A stretch of DNA of 64,000 nt from the NCBI GenBank assembly GCA_001662655.1, contig KV460248.1; one strand, written 5' to 3'. Below, piece by piece: positions 37,526-52,500 of this stretch; within the stretch, counting starts at the first letter, position 1, and every line of letters starts with the position of its first letter. The position numbers were made by a program, and so were the translations under genes. This DNA is from Pseudogymnoascus verrucosus (taxonomy: Eukaryota). The notes below the pieces were generated by a model that was given only the letters and a program-made list of their open reading frames with translations, ran no database searches and was not told the origin of the DNA.

Positions 37526-40305
37526 TCAATAATCCACAATCTTCACCGCCTCCTGCACATTCCCCGGCAAATCCTCCAACCTCACCAATCCCAGCGCCAC
37601 ACAATCCCCCCAAAAGAACATAGCCCGATCCTGCGCATACGCCACATAATCAAACTCATCATCCTCCTTATCCTCTCCCTCCACACTGCCTCCCTCCTCG
37701 CTGTCCCCCTCCTCATCCTCACCATTAACCATACCCTCACCACCATCCTCCAAATCCAACTTCTCCATCCCCCCTACCTCCCCGTCAGGCGCATCAGCAC
37801 TCGGCGTCCGACAGGCAGTATCATACTCCTCCAACTCCGGGATATTCGCCTGCACAATCCCCCACGCAACCCACTGCGCCGAATTAGCGACTCTCCACCA
37901 GCGGGCCTCAACCATCAACTCCTCAACCCTCCGCTCCACATCCGCGATCCTCCTCTGCTCCTCCTCCGCATAACCCCCCGGCACTGCGTCCCCCCCCGGC
38001 GGCCCGCGCGAATCCAACATAAACGCCGAGATCCCCGCATTCCCCGGTCCAGGGCTGGGGACGACCTTGGGTGTCGCGGAGGCGGAAGAGAAGCCCGAGA
38101 ATTGCGGGCGGTGGTTGAGGTAGGCGCGGATGAAGCGGCGTTGTTCGGCGGGGGTGGGGAAGGATTTGGTGTTGCAGATGTAGGGGGTGGAGGGGTCGTG
38201 GTAGTTGTAGCACCATTCCGTGAAGTGGTTTGCGAATTCGAGGCCGGGGGTGTTGCCGGAGGCGTATTCGAAGTCGATTACCACGAGTTGTTTGTGGGTG
38301 TTGGCGGGGAGGAGGAGGGGGGATTCGGTGGTGGGGAGGAGGCGGAGGATGTTGCCGTATTGGGTCTGTGGGGGGGGGTGGTTAGTTTTGGGTTGGACAG
38401 ACTTTAGGATGATAGAAGAGAGATGATGATAGAAAGAGATGAAAGAGGATAAACAAGAAAAACTCACATCATTATGCGCAAACACCAACTTCTCCCTCAA
38501 CCCCGCCACCCCCCCATACTTCTCATTCAACCACCCCCTATACCTCTCCACCATCCCCCTAAACACCGACCACTCCACCCCACAAACCAACCCCCTCTCC
38601 CTCCACGCCGGCACCTTCTTCCCCCCCCCAGTATCCGGATGCGTATCCAGGAAACTAATAACATGCTCACATCTCTCCACCCACTTATCCCAATTCCTCC
38701 ACACAAACGGCCCCTCATCCCTCTCCGTCTCCAGCAGCTCAATCCCATCATGCAACTCCCGCATACGTTTCGCGATCTGCTTCGACGTCTCCGGATCGCG
38801 GAGATCCTTGGGCGTCAGGGTAGTAGACATGAAGTACTCCTCAAACCTCCCATTCCGAAACGTCCCCAACAGTCTCGGCCCGATCTTCTTGCGCGCAAGT
38901 CGGCTCAGAATCCCTAACTCGGCGTCGCGGTCGATGAGATGCTCGACCTGCGGGCCGTAGATGCGGAGGAGGAGTTTGGAGGGTCGGGCTTTCGATTTAC
39001 TAGCCGGATCGGAGGGGAGGGTGGAGGGTGGGGAGACGACGTAAACTGCGTTTGTGAGTGCGCCGCTCAGGCGCTCGACTTCGAGATCTGCGCCGCTGTC
39101 GAGGGGGACGCGACGCCATCCCTTCAGACGGAGTGTGTGTGCCAGTCTTAAGATCTCGGATTTGAAAGTAACCCACACCGCGGCCTCTTTGTCGGCGCGG
39201 CGGCCGGAGGTGGTGGGTGTTGTTGTGCCGGAGGGGTGGGTGAGGGTTTTGGAGTTGTCGAGGACGACGTCGCAGCTGGGGACTATGACGTCGCCGTCAA
39301 AGTACTCTGTGTCAGAGGAGGCATTGGTGGAGTAGCGGCGGGATGTGTATTTGCGCGATGAGTAGGAGGGTCGGCGAGGGCGGAGGACTGGGCTCTCTGG
39401 GTTGGGGCGGTAGGTGGATTTGACTTTACTGTCTTCGAGGATCGATTGCAGGTCCTCGAGGGAGATGGTGCTCAGGCACGAGTCCTGCGATTCTCTGCGA
39501 GCGGTGGTGGAGCGGTTATTCTCGTTCCCCCTTCCTCCATCTTCGCGCGGGTGAGCCTTATGCTTCCTCGCCTTCCTCGCGGCCTTCTTAGCCTTCTGGA
39601 CATGCAACCACTCCGAGACCTGGCTGAGGAGTTTATCATGCTGATGATGATGTTTATGTCTCTGAATATACGGCGCATTCCCCGACGAGCTCTCCCCCGA
39701 CTGACTCATAGCCAGCCTCGGGATATCCTCCTGGCTCGCCTGGCTGAGGAGGGAGTTCTTCGACGAGTTGCTGAAGGAGGATGGCGTCGGGCGGCCGGTG
39801 AGTCGCTTGCCTACGCCGGCGGTGAATTGTTTTAGGGGCGGTGTGTCGAGCGGTTGCATGGGGGGGGAGAGCTTGGGCTCTTCAATGGATACGACTGTGT
39901 GTGCACCAATTCGAATTAGTATGTATGCTCCAATAATACCACTTCCACACGATAAGACAACAAAAGCAATAGATAGTGCCCGTGCAAACAGAAACCCCAC
40001 ACAGTCGGTCTCGTGCCCGATTGCCCGATCTCGCTCGCTCACTCACTCGCTCCCTTACATGGGGGAAAGGGCTAGATTGTGCGGATTTTTTGGAGGGGGG
40101 GGCGTGACATACCCTTCGTAGGCCCGCTCTTGGGGCTTACCCCGCCATCGTCGCCTCGGATGGCCATGACCATGGCAGGCCGGAGCGGCCTCTGGCTTCC
40201 TCCTCCTCCTTCGTGGCTGTTGCTTCTGGTGGTGCTGCCATAGTCACCGACGCCGCCGGGTTTTCGGTCTGCGTCTTGTGGCGGCGCCGCATTCCTGTCT
40301 GTCAT
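37526..40305 (-). CDS. Choline/ethanolamine kinase; 3 exons
   Basis: LAHTLRLKGWRRVP, RLSGALTNAVY, LLLRIYGP, IAKRMRELH, Brenner motif VFAHND|TQYGNIL, IDFEYA and ANHFTEWCYNY. Exon 1 MTDRNAAPP..PTK splices to VVSIEEP; second intron about 38467-38367. Confidence 0.92.
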
Positions 40306-41191
40306 CTCCTCACTCACACCGCCCGCGTTGGAAGGAGTGGAATAAAATGGAGCTATGGAAACGAACGTAGTCCCGCTTTCGGAATTGGGCGTGTGCTTCT
40401 TTTATTTCTCAAGTTTGTGTGTAGATTTTTTATTTTTGGGGGTTGCTCAGATCGAAAGAAAAGAAAGTAAGCAAATTGACAATAACCAAGCTCAGAAAGT
40501 TGTTAGGAAATAACCAAGCGTATGGGCCAAGTTTCCCCAAAATTATGACCTGGCACGTTTTTAAAATCTTGGGGATTGGGACCTCTCGGGAATCAAGATC
40601 ATGTGGGGTTCTCATAGGTTGACATGACGTCCCTTACCATCGTCGAGCTTGGCACACACCACAAGGAGCACCCACCAACAAAAAAGCACTAACCAACCAA
40701 CCAGGATAGCGGTACATTCCGCCCTGGCAGTGGGAGGGGGTTGTTCCTTATCAGGATTATCAGTCTTTTCGTATCTTGGCCCATGTAAGTGTGCATATTA
40801 CGGTATTAATAGGTATTTTGAGATTATCACCTTGCGGGTTTGAATATTTGAGTAGCTAGCTTAAAAAATAAGGGGTTTGTACTATAGTTGGGGTACACAA
40901 GAGGGATGAGGTCACACATCTGGTAGAAGAGTGAGTATATTATAATTTCCCTAAACACTGCTTTGCTGCTGCTACTAAACCACGTATTTCGTGTAACCAA
41001 AAAAACTAAAGTACACCTACAATAAAGGGGTATCCATTTTATTCCCATACCAGCCTTTCATTGCTTCTTCCTACCCCGTAGTCATCCCCCTAGACCTATT
41101 TTTGCTTTTGATCTATTGACCGAACAAAGGTACCCCACACCATGCAAAAAGTCAGAACAAAGGCAAACTCACTCAGCCCCGTAATCACCCT

Positions 41192-43078
41192 TCAAGTACT
41201 CATAGGCTTCGCCCACTCCACAACCTCAAGCGCACACATGACCAACATGAGCGTCGACGGCAAAATCCTGTAAAACCAATTAGTTTGACTTCTCCACAAA
41301 GAGAGAGAGAGAGAAAGAGCGGGGGGATCAACATACCAAATAACATAGCTCTGAAACAAGATCTTACTCATAACCGCCTCATAAACGCCATTAATCTGGC
41401 AAATCTGCGCCAACTGTAGCGCGCTCGGCGCGCCCGTAAGTAAGAAACACACGATAATAAAGATCGGATCATCCACAATGCTAATCGGCAGGTACTTGGC
41501 CATCATCGCCAGAAACGGCGCCATGATCAAGGTAGGCAGGAGCATGCGGCTGATCAGCGACGCGACGAGCAGCTTCGTCCCGATCTGGTTCTCCTCGCTG
41601 TCCGCCTCCAGTGCGGTCTGGGGGAGGGTGTTGCGGGCGAGGTTGGCGCCGAGGACGACGAGGATGAGCGGGACGGCGACGCCGCCGGATTGGGTGATGG
41701 CGCGGGTGACGGAGTTGGCGACGAAGGAGTCTTCTTGGAAGAAGAGGCGTTGGAGGGAGGGGATGGTGGCGACGATGCCGGCGAGGAGCATGGCCCAGAG
41801 GGGGGGGTTCATGAATTCCCAGAGGCCGTTGCCGAAGCGCGCGGAGACTCGGTAGAATTTGGTGAGGACCCTCTGGATGGGGTATGGGAGGGTGTTGAAT
41901 AAACTCCTGAAGACGGCGTTGATCCTTGATGAGACAAAGTTTGCGCCACGCTTCGATTGAAGTCTGATAATCGTTGCCAATCCTCGGATGCCATCGGGGA
42001 TGTGCTGCTCTCTGATTTGTTGTTGCCTGATGGTTGGGAACGACGTAAGGCTGTTGCTCAGCTGTTCAGCATGTAGAATGCTGTCAACTTCTGGTGCCGT
42101 CGATGAGGAGTTTAAGCGCTTCCTTCCATCATTATCATACTCGTCATCGGGAAGGATATAATGCGTGTTGGTAACAGGCGTTATACCACCCGAGTCGAAC
42201 GATGTCGAGGAGTGGCTCTGGCGCAAAGTATCCTTGTACGCATCGGTATCTGAATCATCAGCATCCAAGCCTGGGATCAAGAGGTCGCTGTCATCATCAT
42301 CTCTGTATCTCCCCTCCTCCGCAGCCTCCGCATCTTCAATCTCCGGCCGATCCGGCGGGGCCAGCAGAACATGGTATCCCCAACTCCATCTTACCAGCTG
42401 CCCAAGCTGCTGGAAGATGAGCAAGTAAAGAATGCCGCGCGCCGAGACCTCGTCGTCATTGTCCCCCGGTATCCTGTCCCAGTGTAGCCCATTCAAGGTC
42501 TGTGACAGAGAGATGACGAGGGATATAGGCAGGGAGTTTGAGTTTCCAAAAACTCCCATTGCGGTGACGAAATTCGCAGGACGCTTAGCCAGACCGAAAG
42601 CTTTGGAGACTCCAATGGAGACCAGGTATGATACGAGAGTTTGTAGGGCGAAGATCACTGGGATCACAGCAAGGTCGGCAAGAGTGTCGGCCGTCAGCTG
42701 AGAGGCAAGTTTCGTGAAGACTGGAGATTTCAGTCAGTAATGGCTTCGAAAGTATCATCGAGGATCAGGTGGCAACTCACTCAGACAAGGCGTGAACAGC
42801 ATAACATTCAAGTTAGCCACAAACTTCTGCTGCTCCGCATTAAACATGCCCTGCCTGGCAATGATATAACCCGGCACGCTGACGCATACGACCTCCAGGA
42901 CCGCCTCGAAGACGAGGAGGATAAGGCGCCCGAGATCCGGATGCGCCTCATGGCTCATCACGACAGGCTGCTGGAGACCGTCGAAGGCGTGGGCCGTGAA
43001 GGACCTGCCAACGATGGAGGCGACGCCATTATTGCCATTTGCGAGTCTGAATGATGTGGGTGTGGTGAAGAAGGCCAT
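41192..43078 (-). CDS. Auxin efflux carrier (Mem_trans) family transporter; 3 exons
   Basis: VFEAVLEVVCVSVPGYI..NLNVMLFTPCL|IFTKLASQL..FGNSNSLPISL..RWSWGY..MNPPLWAM..VPLILVVLGANL..PSALQLAQICQ; introns 42780-42721 and 41336-41268. Confidence 0.92.
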
Positions 43079-46048
43079 TAAGGGTCGCCGGCCAGAGCGA
43101 CTCAGGGAGGTGTGAGCTTCAGTATAGTCCTATAGTTCTCGAGAGTGCGTGCTCGTTGTGCTCGTTGCTGACAAGGGATTGTATTTGTCGTTTCTGGTTT
43201 TGCGCGGAGAAAGCGGATGATGGGGGAAAGAAGCGTAGACAGGGTCGAGGACAAGGCAATTCGTGTTTAGGTTTTCGGTGGTGGTGCGGGTAGGTGGACT
43301 AGGTGGGATGGTGAGGTGAGAGGGTTTGTTGTAAATGTGTGTTGGGTTGGGCGACACAAGCTCAGCTCGCCATCCGGGCGTGGAATTGTGTGAGGTTTTA
43401 CCTGGTGTCGCACGGCGCACGGCGCACAGTGACGCGGTCTAGGAGGCGTTGGTTCCCGGTCTGCCACCCGCCTGGCTGATCTCTTGTGGTGCCAAGGTAT
43501 CTTTGAGGCACCGCCCCGATGCGACGATTCGATGGTTCTAGATATCGGACGTTTGTTTTTTTGGGGGTGTGGGATGATCACGGATTAGCGTGTAGATTAC
43601 AGGAGGTTCAGGTACAGCGATTTAATAGTTTATTATAGGAGGTTATAAGAAGGAGAGATGGCAGAATAGTGAGGGTTTTTATTAGGGATTTGGAGACAAT
43701 TGCTGTGAATCTGATACTCCAAATGTGTGTGTTCCGTTTCTTGTTTCAACTTCTGGATCACCGTAACCAAAAGCACGTTGTACCACTTTGCACCACTCAA
43801 ACCAGGTTAAGTGGTAAAAGTAGAGTGGGAGTTAGTGAGAGTAGTGAGAGTAGACTGGGTACGTACAGACAAAGTTGCCAGTGCAGCGTCTGTGCACCGT
43901 TGAGCTACCATCGCACAAAGTACAGCATCTCCTCAGTAAGTTCAGTTAGGGAGCGTGTGCTGGATTGACTGGATGAGAGCCGCCGAATGCCTCCAAAAGG
44001 TCGTGGGGGATTGGACGGGAAGATGGAGCGAGGAATGGGGGGCAAACCACCAAACGAACCACCAACAAACCACCCAAAGAAACCCAAGAAACCCAAGAAA
44101 CCGCACATCAGTCATCGTCCAAGGCGGCACCAAACAGCCAGCAGGCAACGCTTGGAAGCCGCTAACTGCAACGGTTTGCTACTGCGTCTTGGGAGGAGAT
44201 AAGGCAGTGCAGCCGATCTCTGCCTTCTCCAATCAGAGGTGGGGAGAGGCATGAGAGGCGTGAAGGCGTGAAGAGGCGACGGGGGAAGCGAAACAATAAC
44301 CAGACTTCTGGTTCTGGCTATCTGGTTTACTACTGTTTGTCGATTGAGATGATATGAGGATGGGGTGGTATAGAGACGGCAGATGCGTGCTGCTCTTCAT
44401 TTCTCCTATTGGAAAAGTAGTGGAAGAATGTCCCACAGTGGCACTCAGTCGTACCCGCGTGATGTGCCCAGGGAGCCCAACACAGGTGAGTGAAGTGAGT
44501 GTGATACTTGTCACGGGTACCTATATAGGGGACATGCGTCTTTCACGTCTTCACTTCAGGACATGTGCCTAATATGCTCTAACGTGCTTATTGGATTTCT
44601 GATTTCTCAATAGTCTTCTCGATAGTAAAACAGCCCTCTCGATAGTCTTCTCAATAGTCGCAGCAGCCCTACTTTCCCATCTGTCGCGACTAACGATGCA
44701 GGCAGAGTACCATTCTTGGCCCTGCACCACCCCCTTCGATTACGCTGCTGCATCACCGCGCATCACATCCGATACTTGCACAGCTGAAGGGGCCCCAGCC
44801 ACAAACAACCCGCCACACACCAGCCGCCATACCTGCCGCCCTTGAGTAGTGATGTGCGCTGCGGTTAGCATCTTAGCATCTTAGTATCTTAGTGTTAGTA
44901 GTGTTAGTAGTGTTAGTTAGCAGTATACATAACAATCTTGCCTGTAGTTTTGTGCAGACTTGCCTCCGAGGGGTATAGACTGTAGAGTATTCCGCGAGTA
45001 CACATGTGCGGAATGCGATAGGAAGCTGTACGTGCCCGGAACTTCCGTACTGCAGGATTACGTGTTACGACGTTAGATAGGTACGGGCTTGCGCGCTCGA
45101 ATCGTCTTTTTCTTCATATGGCAAGAGTCCATGTGTGTGGAATCCCAGTACTATCTATGGCTATCATATCCCTACTCTGTTCTATTATAGTACTGTTCTA
45201 TATGCACTCTGAGTCTCAGTCTGAGTGTACTCTATCTACCGTCTACCTCTCATACGCGATCTACTCATACATCCATACATGACTACGGTAGTAAACCAAG
45301 TAGTCAGTCAAGTAGTCAGTTCTCCACAGATTAAAACCGCCGAAACTTCTGAAACACTCGAGCTAACCATTCTATGGTACAGTAGAATAAAAATCCCATA
45401 CTCTACTCTACTATTACTGTGTTCTCCTGTATAGTTCAGTCCTCTTAAAACAGTACTTAGGGCCGCCTTCTTATCAACCGTCAGGCTCGAGAACAGAGTC
45501 GTATTTCTCTCTAATATAGCCCCGCAAACCCGCCCAAAACCCAACCCCGCGACAAACTCAAAAAAGTGCCTGAAATACACACACTATAGTCCTATAGTAC
45601 TCTTCTGCGAAGAGACTAGGAGTACTTTTTCATCTCACAGACGCGCCCATCGTGCCCACTCCGGAAGTAGAGCCGCTTGTCGTCGCTTCGTCCAGTTTCC
45701 ATATTTAGTGTCCTGCAAGACCCTCCATGCACCAAGCACCCTGAACAACTTTGAGATTCCCTCATTCCACTACAACTACCCCGCGACACCCTCAAAAACC
45801 AACACCCCCCCAACAGCCACCAAACCCCCTCAAACTCAGGAATCACAGTAGCCACGACAGGATCTGGCGCTCTGTGTCCCTCTTCTCCGGTACGTCGCAG
45901 TTTTTTCGCAGGAAAAATATGAAGTTGCATGTAACTAATGTAGCTATCCCTTCCACAGGCTGATTTCTCCCTCCCACGCGCGCGATCAGACGATTCCCCG
46001 TGTCGACACTCACCACCCATGAGGACGGTATAACCGCCTAAACACAGC

Positions 46049-48056
46049 ATGGCACCTTCCACCGACCTGTCCGCACCAGCAGCAGACACCTCCGACTCCT
46101 CCCCCCTACCCGCCGACACCTCGAATCCCGTCTCCGCTGCCCCGAGCGGCGAGAGAATGTCCTCCATGCGCTCCATCTCCGACCCTCCACGCCATCAATC
46201 GACGATGTCGTCCTCGTCAAACCCAATCGGCGTGTTGAACAATGCGAGGAGACCTGCGGTGCGCTCGTCGATACCGGCGAGTACGGTGGCTTCGGGCGGT
46301 CTGCCGCAGGATATGCAGGCGAAGATGAGGGCTTTCCATTTGTCGCGCCAAGGGACGCCGCCGGGTGGACGACCGTCGGCTTCATCTCCGGGATCGTTTG
46401 CATCGCCGGGCGACGCGAATGGCGGGTTGGCAGGAGGACTGCGGTTGCCAATGGGTAATAGGCCACAGCTGCCTCAGGGACTTGTCTCGGCGCCTGCAGT
46501 TCCACGACAGGGCGGCAAACCGTCACTGAGCGAGCGCAGAAACATGCCGAAGTTAGGTGGATTACCGGGAAGTCCTGTTGCTCCCGCAGCGAGCCCTTCT
46601 TTGAGCCTCAACGGCAGCGCGAATCCGGCGGCGAACAAAGCTGATACGGGGTCGATGTTCAACAAGTTCTCGAACTACGTTGATACGGAGAAGGGAACGC
46701 TTCGGTTTGCGGGGAAGGCTGTTATCCATGGTCAGGGCATTGATTTCTCGAGCGGTAATAATTTCAGTATATCCCTGGACGAGGTAGATACCCTCGAGGA
46801 GCTGGGGAAGGGAAACTACGGAACGGTCTATAAGGTGCGCCACACGCGGCCACGGCAACAGAGGCTTGGGTTAGGTCTCCAGGTTCGCTCCTTAGCACCC
46901 AATGCCTTGGCTGGGGAAAACGGCGATTCCGCAGACTCGCCCCTGGCCAAGAACTCCACGGGCGTCATCATGGCAATGAAAGAAATCCGTCTCGAGCTCG
47001 ACGAAGCCAAATTTGCCGCCATAATCATGGAACTCGACATCCTCCACCGCTGCGTCTCGCCCTACATCATCGATTTCTATGGCGCCTTCTTCCAGGAGGG
47101 CGCGGTGTACATCTGCATCGAGTTCATGGACGGCGGGTCGATCGATAAAATCTACGGCGACGGGGTGCCCGAGAACGTGCTCAGGAAAATCACATACGCT
47201 ACTACGAAGGGGTTGAAGGAGCTGAAGGACGTGCACAATATCATTCATCGCGACGTCAAGCCGACGAATATCCTGGTCAACACGCGTGGTCAGGTGAAGA
47301 TCTGCGATTTCGGCGTCTCGGGGAACCTGGTTGCTAGTATTGCGAAGACGAATATTGGGTGTCAGTCGTATATGGCGCCGGAGAGGATTTCGGGGGGTGG
47401 AGTCACGCAGGCCGGCGCGAATCCGAGTAGTGGGACGTATTCGGTGCAGTCGGATGTTTGGTCGCTGGGGTTGACTATCATTGAGTGTGCTATGGGAAGG
47501 TACCCGTATCCGCCGGAGACGTATAACAATATCTTTAGCCAGCTTTCCGTAAGTATTCTCCCTCTAACCCCTCCCTCCACTTAAACTATACCTAGATCCA
47601 ATTCTAACATCACCAAAGGCAATCGTCGATGGCGAACCCCCTGACCTCCCCGCGGAGGGCTACTCCGACATAACCCGCGACTTCGTGCGCGGCTGCCTCC
47701 ACAAAATCCCCAAGCTGCGTCCTACATACTCCATGCTCCTCCAACACCCCTGGCTCGCCGACCTCTCCAAGCCCGACGTCATTAGCGAGGAAGATGATGA
47801 TGAGGTGGCCGAAGAAGACAGTGCTGCTGACAGCGCTGCTGACGGCGTCACCGACGGTACCACCGCCGCTTCTACAAACGGCACCACCACCACCAAATCC
47901 TCCTCCTCCACCTCTGAAGACCCCGCATACGATGACGAAGTCGCGCAATGGGTCAAATCGGCGCTTGAGAGGAAGGCGTCGGGACTGATGGGGTCTAGTG
48001 CTAAACCTGCTTTACATGCCGCACCGCTGGACAGTGTGAGCTCGCCTGCTGTGTAG
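46049..48056 (+). CDS. PBS2: MAP kinase kinase of the HOG pathway (Pbs2/Wis1); 2 exons
   Basis: ELGKGNYGTVYKV, MAMKEIRLELDE, HRDVKPTN, DFGVSGNLVASIAKTNIGCQSYMAPERI; intron 47549-47618; probable 5'UTR intron near 45890-45958. Confidence 0.96.
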
Positions 48057-49537
48057 ATGTGTTGATGCTGGGGCTGGGCCCCAGGATTATACTGCTTTAA
48101 CTCATTACCATGTATACGCTCCTCCCTTCCCTCTTCCAGGTTGGGAATTTGGAATTCGGAAGAAGGGGCTTTGAGAATCGATTAACCGCTCCCCGCACTC
48201 ATCCAACTACGCATGACTAGCAAACCAAGAAACCTGGGAATACAGCAAATACAGTCTTTGAGCAGCACCGCGGTCCGGTGCACTGCACCCAGTGCATTTC
48301 GGAAATCCCGCACCAGGCCAGGACAGAAACAGCGGTGTCGCTCGAGCTCCTAGCTGTGGTTATCACAACCCCCTTGTCAGGAAGAGATGGAGACAGAAAC
48401 GATCCGCTGGATGATGGGAGGGTGATCTTATCTCCTTATTCTGCAGCTCGATTGCTGAGTGCGTGCTTGGTTCATTCACGCGGCTACCCGCTGGGGTGCG
48501 GTGTGCAGATTCTTTGTTCGGGGAGTTGCACAAGGGTGGTCAACTACAAGGGGAATTATGGGTGAGGGACTGGACTATCACATAGGTGTGAGAAACGTCA
48601 TGGGGGAGGTGATTGTTTCTCTAGTGGTGTGGGGTGTGAGGGTGTAGAAATTTTTGTGTATAATGTGGAGGGTGAAGATAGGAGGTGAGGAAATATGTGG
48701 TTAGATCTATGGTGCGTGTCTTTCTTTGTGTGAAATGGTGATGTGATTTTTCTGTGGTGAGTGTGTGTGGATGTGTGGATGTGGTATGTGATGGGGATAT
48801 GTAAGTGGTGGTGATAGGTGATGAAAGGAGGTTTTGGTAGGTTGTTTTGGTATTTTTCTTGTTATCTTGGTATCTTCTTTGCCATTCCTTAGATTTCTTA
48901 TTTTACTTTTTCCCTCCCTCTCCTTCTGGGTTAAATGGGCAAATCTCCATATTGCTACTGCAAGTTGCAGCCACCCATTGGGGGTAAGAAGAATTGCTTC
49001 CAACTCCACCCATCACCCCCATAGCAACCAACCAACCATCCCAAAGGACTGGTTGCCGGGAAAGCTTATCTTCTTTTCTACTGTTTGTCTTTCACCTTCC
49101 TCCCCCTTTATCGCCTATCAAACAAAGAGAACAATAAGCATACACACAAACGAACATTTAGCGAAATAGTGGGGCTGTTCTGCTGTTTATGAGAGGTGGA
49201 GGGGGCGCGTATATGGTGTATTTATTGGCTTTGGGGACATAGAGACGCGTGACAAAGGAGGGTCGGCTTCTTTTTGCTAGGTATGATAAGATCAATATTA
49301 AGAGGGCTTTTGTTGATGGTTTTTAGGTCTACTTTTTTACTTTCCACACAGTTGGAGGATAACATTTTGTGGGAATCAGAAAGCTTCTGCAATTTGGTGT
49401 GTTACAACTTCTGATAACTTTTGATAACTTTTCTACAACAACTTCCTAATCTGGACCAGGAGCATGAGCAGGAGCAGGGGAATATAACCCCCCCAAACCA
49501 GCAGGGGGAAGAAGAAAACAAAATATAAACCTCAACC

Positions 49538-52500
49538 ATGACGGGTCGCCAGCTTACAAAAATGGACTTCCTAGACGACCAAGATGCTACGAGCGGAACG
49601 TATGGCCGGAGGTGCATTAGACACGAAAATGCCGGAGTATATCCCCATTATCACAGGCCGTCACAACAGCACGATTTCTCTGACATTGACTTCGACTTCT
49701 ATCTGCCCGGCAACAACTGCAGCGATGGCGGGGAGACGCAGTCGTCTCCGTCTGCCGGCCATAAATGGGTTGGTATCCCCACTCAGGACGGCGGCGGAGA
49801 AACGCAGTCCTCTCTCGGCGGCCAGGAGAAGCGTGTTGTAGGTGGTGTCTCAGCCCAGCGCGGCGGCAGCGTCATCTGGGCTGGCATAAGTCCGGTGCAA
49901 ACTCTCCGCCAGGAGAAAGCTCCCATGCGTGATATTCCAGGCTGCGGCACGGGAAAGACTCGCATGAGGGGTAACCCCGCTCAGGGCGGTGTCTTTAGCC
50001 AGTGGTTGGAGGAGACTATCCGCCGCGAGAAGGGTTTTGTAGGTAATATCCCTGCTCAAGGCGGCAGCAGTGCCGGTGGCAGGGAAAAGGCTCCCATAAG
50101 TGATATCCCTGCTCAGAACGGCGGCCGTAGCGGCAAGATGGGGATGCAGTCTCTCGGTGACGGAAAGGGTTGCATAATTCTGGATGATAGCGAAGAGGAG
50201 GAGGAGGAGGAAGTACAATTTCTCAGCGAGGGTAAGATAGAGCCCTTATCCCCCCCCACTCCACTCCACCCCCTTCTCGGCGTTTAACTTGTTGCACAAA
50301 CTTGATTGTATAAAATTCACTCCCTTCCTACTACTATTATCTTGCGACCCACTTCCTGTCACCACTACCAACTTTCGTTCTCGCTCCCGAGCTAACAGTT
50401 TCAAGCTTCACAATCTCAGATTCCAGCTTCACCATTTCAACCTCGCACTCCAAAACCACTTCCCAGATTTGCTCAAGCTGAACTTCAAACACCAACACCT
50501 TCTCGTCTTTCTTCACAGAAGAGGAAGTTGAATTCTATTGACACTACTATTTCCCTACCACGACTCGCACCTCAGCAAAGACAGGCAAGGAGTGCACAGT
50601 CATTGAGTCGATCTAAGTGGACTTTTGGAGATCGCAGATCAACTGCTGTATCTGACAGCGCAGTTGTAGAAGCTCTTTCACCGTTTTCAACGCCAACGAA
50701 TAGAAGAGACAGTATGTCGGGAAGTATTAATCGCAGAGAGGGGTATGAGATTGTCCCCATGCCGGCCAGTGCTAGGGAGATGAGTATTGGGAATGGACGT
50801 GAAGCCGTCACCAGTTCCAACAAGAAGCAAGTCTCTATTCTTAAGAACGTAAGTGCTGGCAAGTACAGTGTCAGAAGTGACGTTCTTTCTGCTTTCAAGG
50901 AGGGACTTACTCCTACCTCCAAGAACAAGGATGGTGGCAAGTTAAGTGCTAGAAGTGAAGTTGTTACTGCTGCCAAAGAGCAGACTCCTTCGACTCCCAC
51001 TACCAACAGCAAGAATAGCAGCAAGCTTGGCCAGGTAATTGAAGTTATTACTGCTGCCAAAGAGCAGCCTACGCCTACTCCAAAGGCCAAGAATCGTGTC
51101 GTGAGTCAAGACTGGGAAGTCATCGAAGTTGGAACATCCACAGACCTCACTTTACCTCATCGCTCTTCCACCCAGCGAAAGCCAGTCATCGATCTGGAAG
51201 ACTACGAAGTCCTGCCTCCTCTCACAGGCACTGCTTTCAACATGGCCATTCCACACGCCACCATCATCAACGACTCTGATTCAGAGGGTGATTTCGAATT
51301 CGAAATCATCAGCTCCAACACCCTCACTTCTCCCATCCTCCCCCGTCGCCGCTCAACTATCTATCCCCTCCGCAACCCACCCATCGTGCACCCTCTCTAC
51401 AGCATCAGCGCCACCACCGTCTCAAACCTCGCTCTCGGCCCCGATGTCGTCGTCGAGATCTTCGATGGGGATTTCCTCAAGATCACCGATCTGATTCGCA
51501 ATGTCGATACGGGCGTGGTTACTCTCCGCGGACATCGCCTCCAGCGCACCAGAGATTTGAATGGATTGCTTGCTAAGAAGCGCAATGAGTTGTGCTGGGT
51601 CACTGAGGTGGATGAGGACGATGGGCGTCCGGCTTCCGCGCAGAGTTTGGCTGAAGTGCCTGCCTCCAGCGTCACGAGAGTGCGTAAGGCACTCATCACG
51701 AATATGTCGTTCCCCGCTGCGACATACCGCAACACACCCCACCCTGGTGATCTCGAGAATGTGGAACACGAGGGCATTGTGGCCTTGAGATGGAAATATA
51801 CGACTACATGGCCGAGCGCAAAGGCGCGTATCAACAATGAAAATACCTTCTGTGAGCGCGTGTTGAGACATCTCGGGGAGGGAGATACCTTGGTTGGAGA
51901 GGGCTTGAGAATCCGCGATGGGTTGGCTAGAGACCAATTCCGTGGACCGACTGTGCTGGGCGGATCTTTCATCCCTGTTGTGCGAAAGGGTGGGAAGATG
52001 GGGATGAATACCAAGTCTCCCGTTCGGGAAAATTCAACTGGATGGTTTAGACGCCTTACTGGGCCACGCAACAATAGCGTCCAGGAACTTTCTGAGCTGA
52101 CGACCGGATTGTTCGATGATGATATGGTCGATCTCACGGATGAGTTTCCGAAGACGCCAACGAAATCCAGATTGAGCGCCGCAGAGACGACTCAAGAACG
52201 TATGCTTGGCCAGATCGACCTCACGATGCCTGAACTCTCATTTACCCCCTCCGATGGGACGGTTCGTGCTACCAATGCTGCGAGCAAGTTGAAAACCGCA
52301 ATCAAGCGTGTTGAAGGTCAGATGTACACCTACGGCGATGCCTGTAAGTTTCTAGCCTCCCCACCCCCTTCCCCAATACCAAGAAACTCAAAACTAACAT
52401 CCCCTTTCCCAGTCTGCGGAGCCGGCGGGGCAACCCGCGGCGCCCACATGGCCGGTCTCAAAGTCGTCTGGGGCTTCGATTTCAACGCCCACGCATGCGA

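Noticed and set aside
37301..38407. 368-aa plus-strand ORF
   Set aside because: Antisense to choline kinase; the Ile/Leu/His/Pro bias reflects the G-rich sense strand.
44605..44920. Short tandem motifs (TTCTCRATAGTC; TTAGYATC; TTAGTAGTG) as telomere-like repeats
   Set aside because: Not TTAGGG arrays; ordinary slippage microsatellites in the transporter/PBS2 divergent promoter.
49538..50287. Independent 249-aa gene
   Set aside because: Better explained as exon 1 of the rid gene, given in-phase donor and acceptor sites, though not proven.
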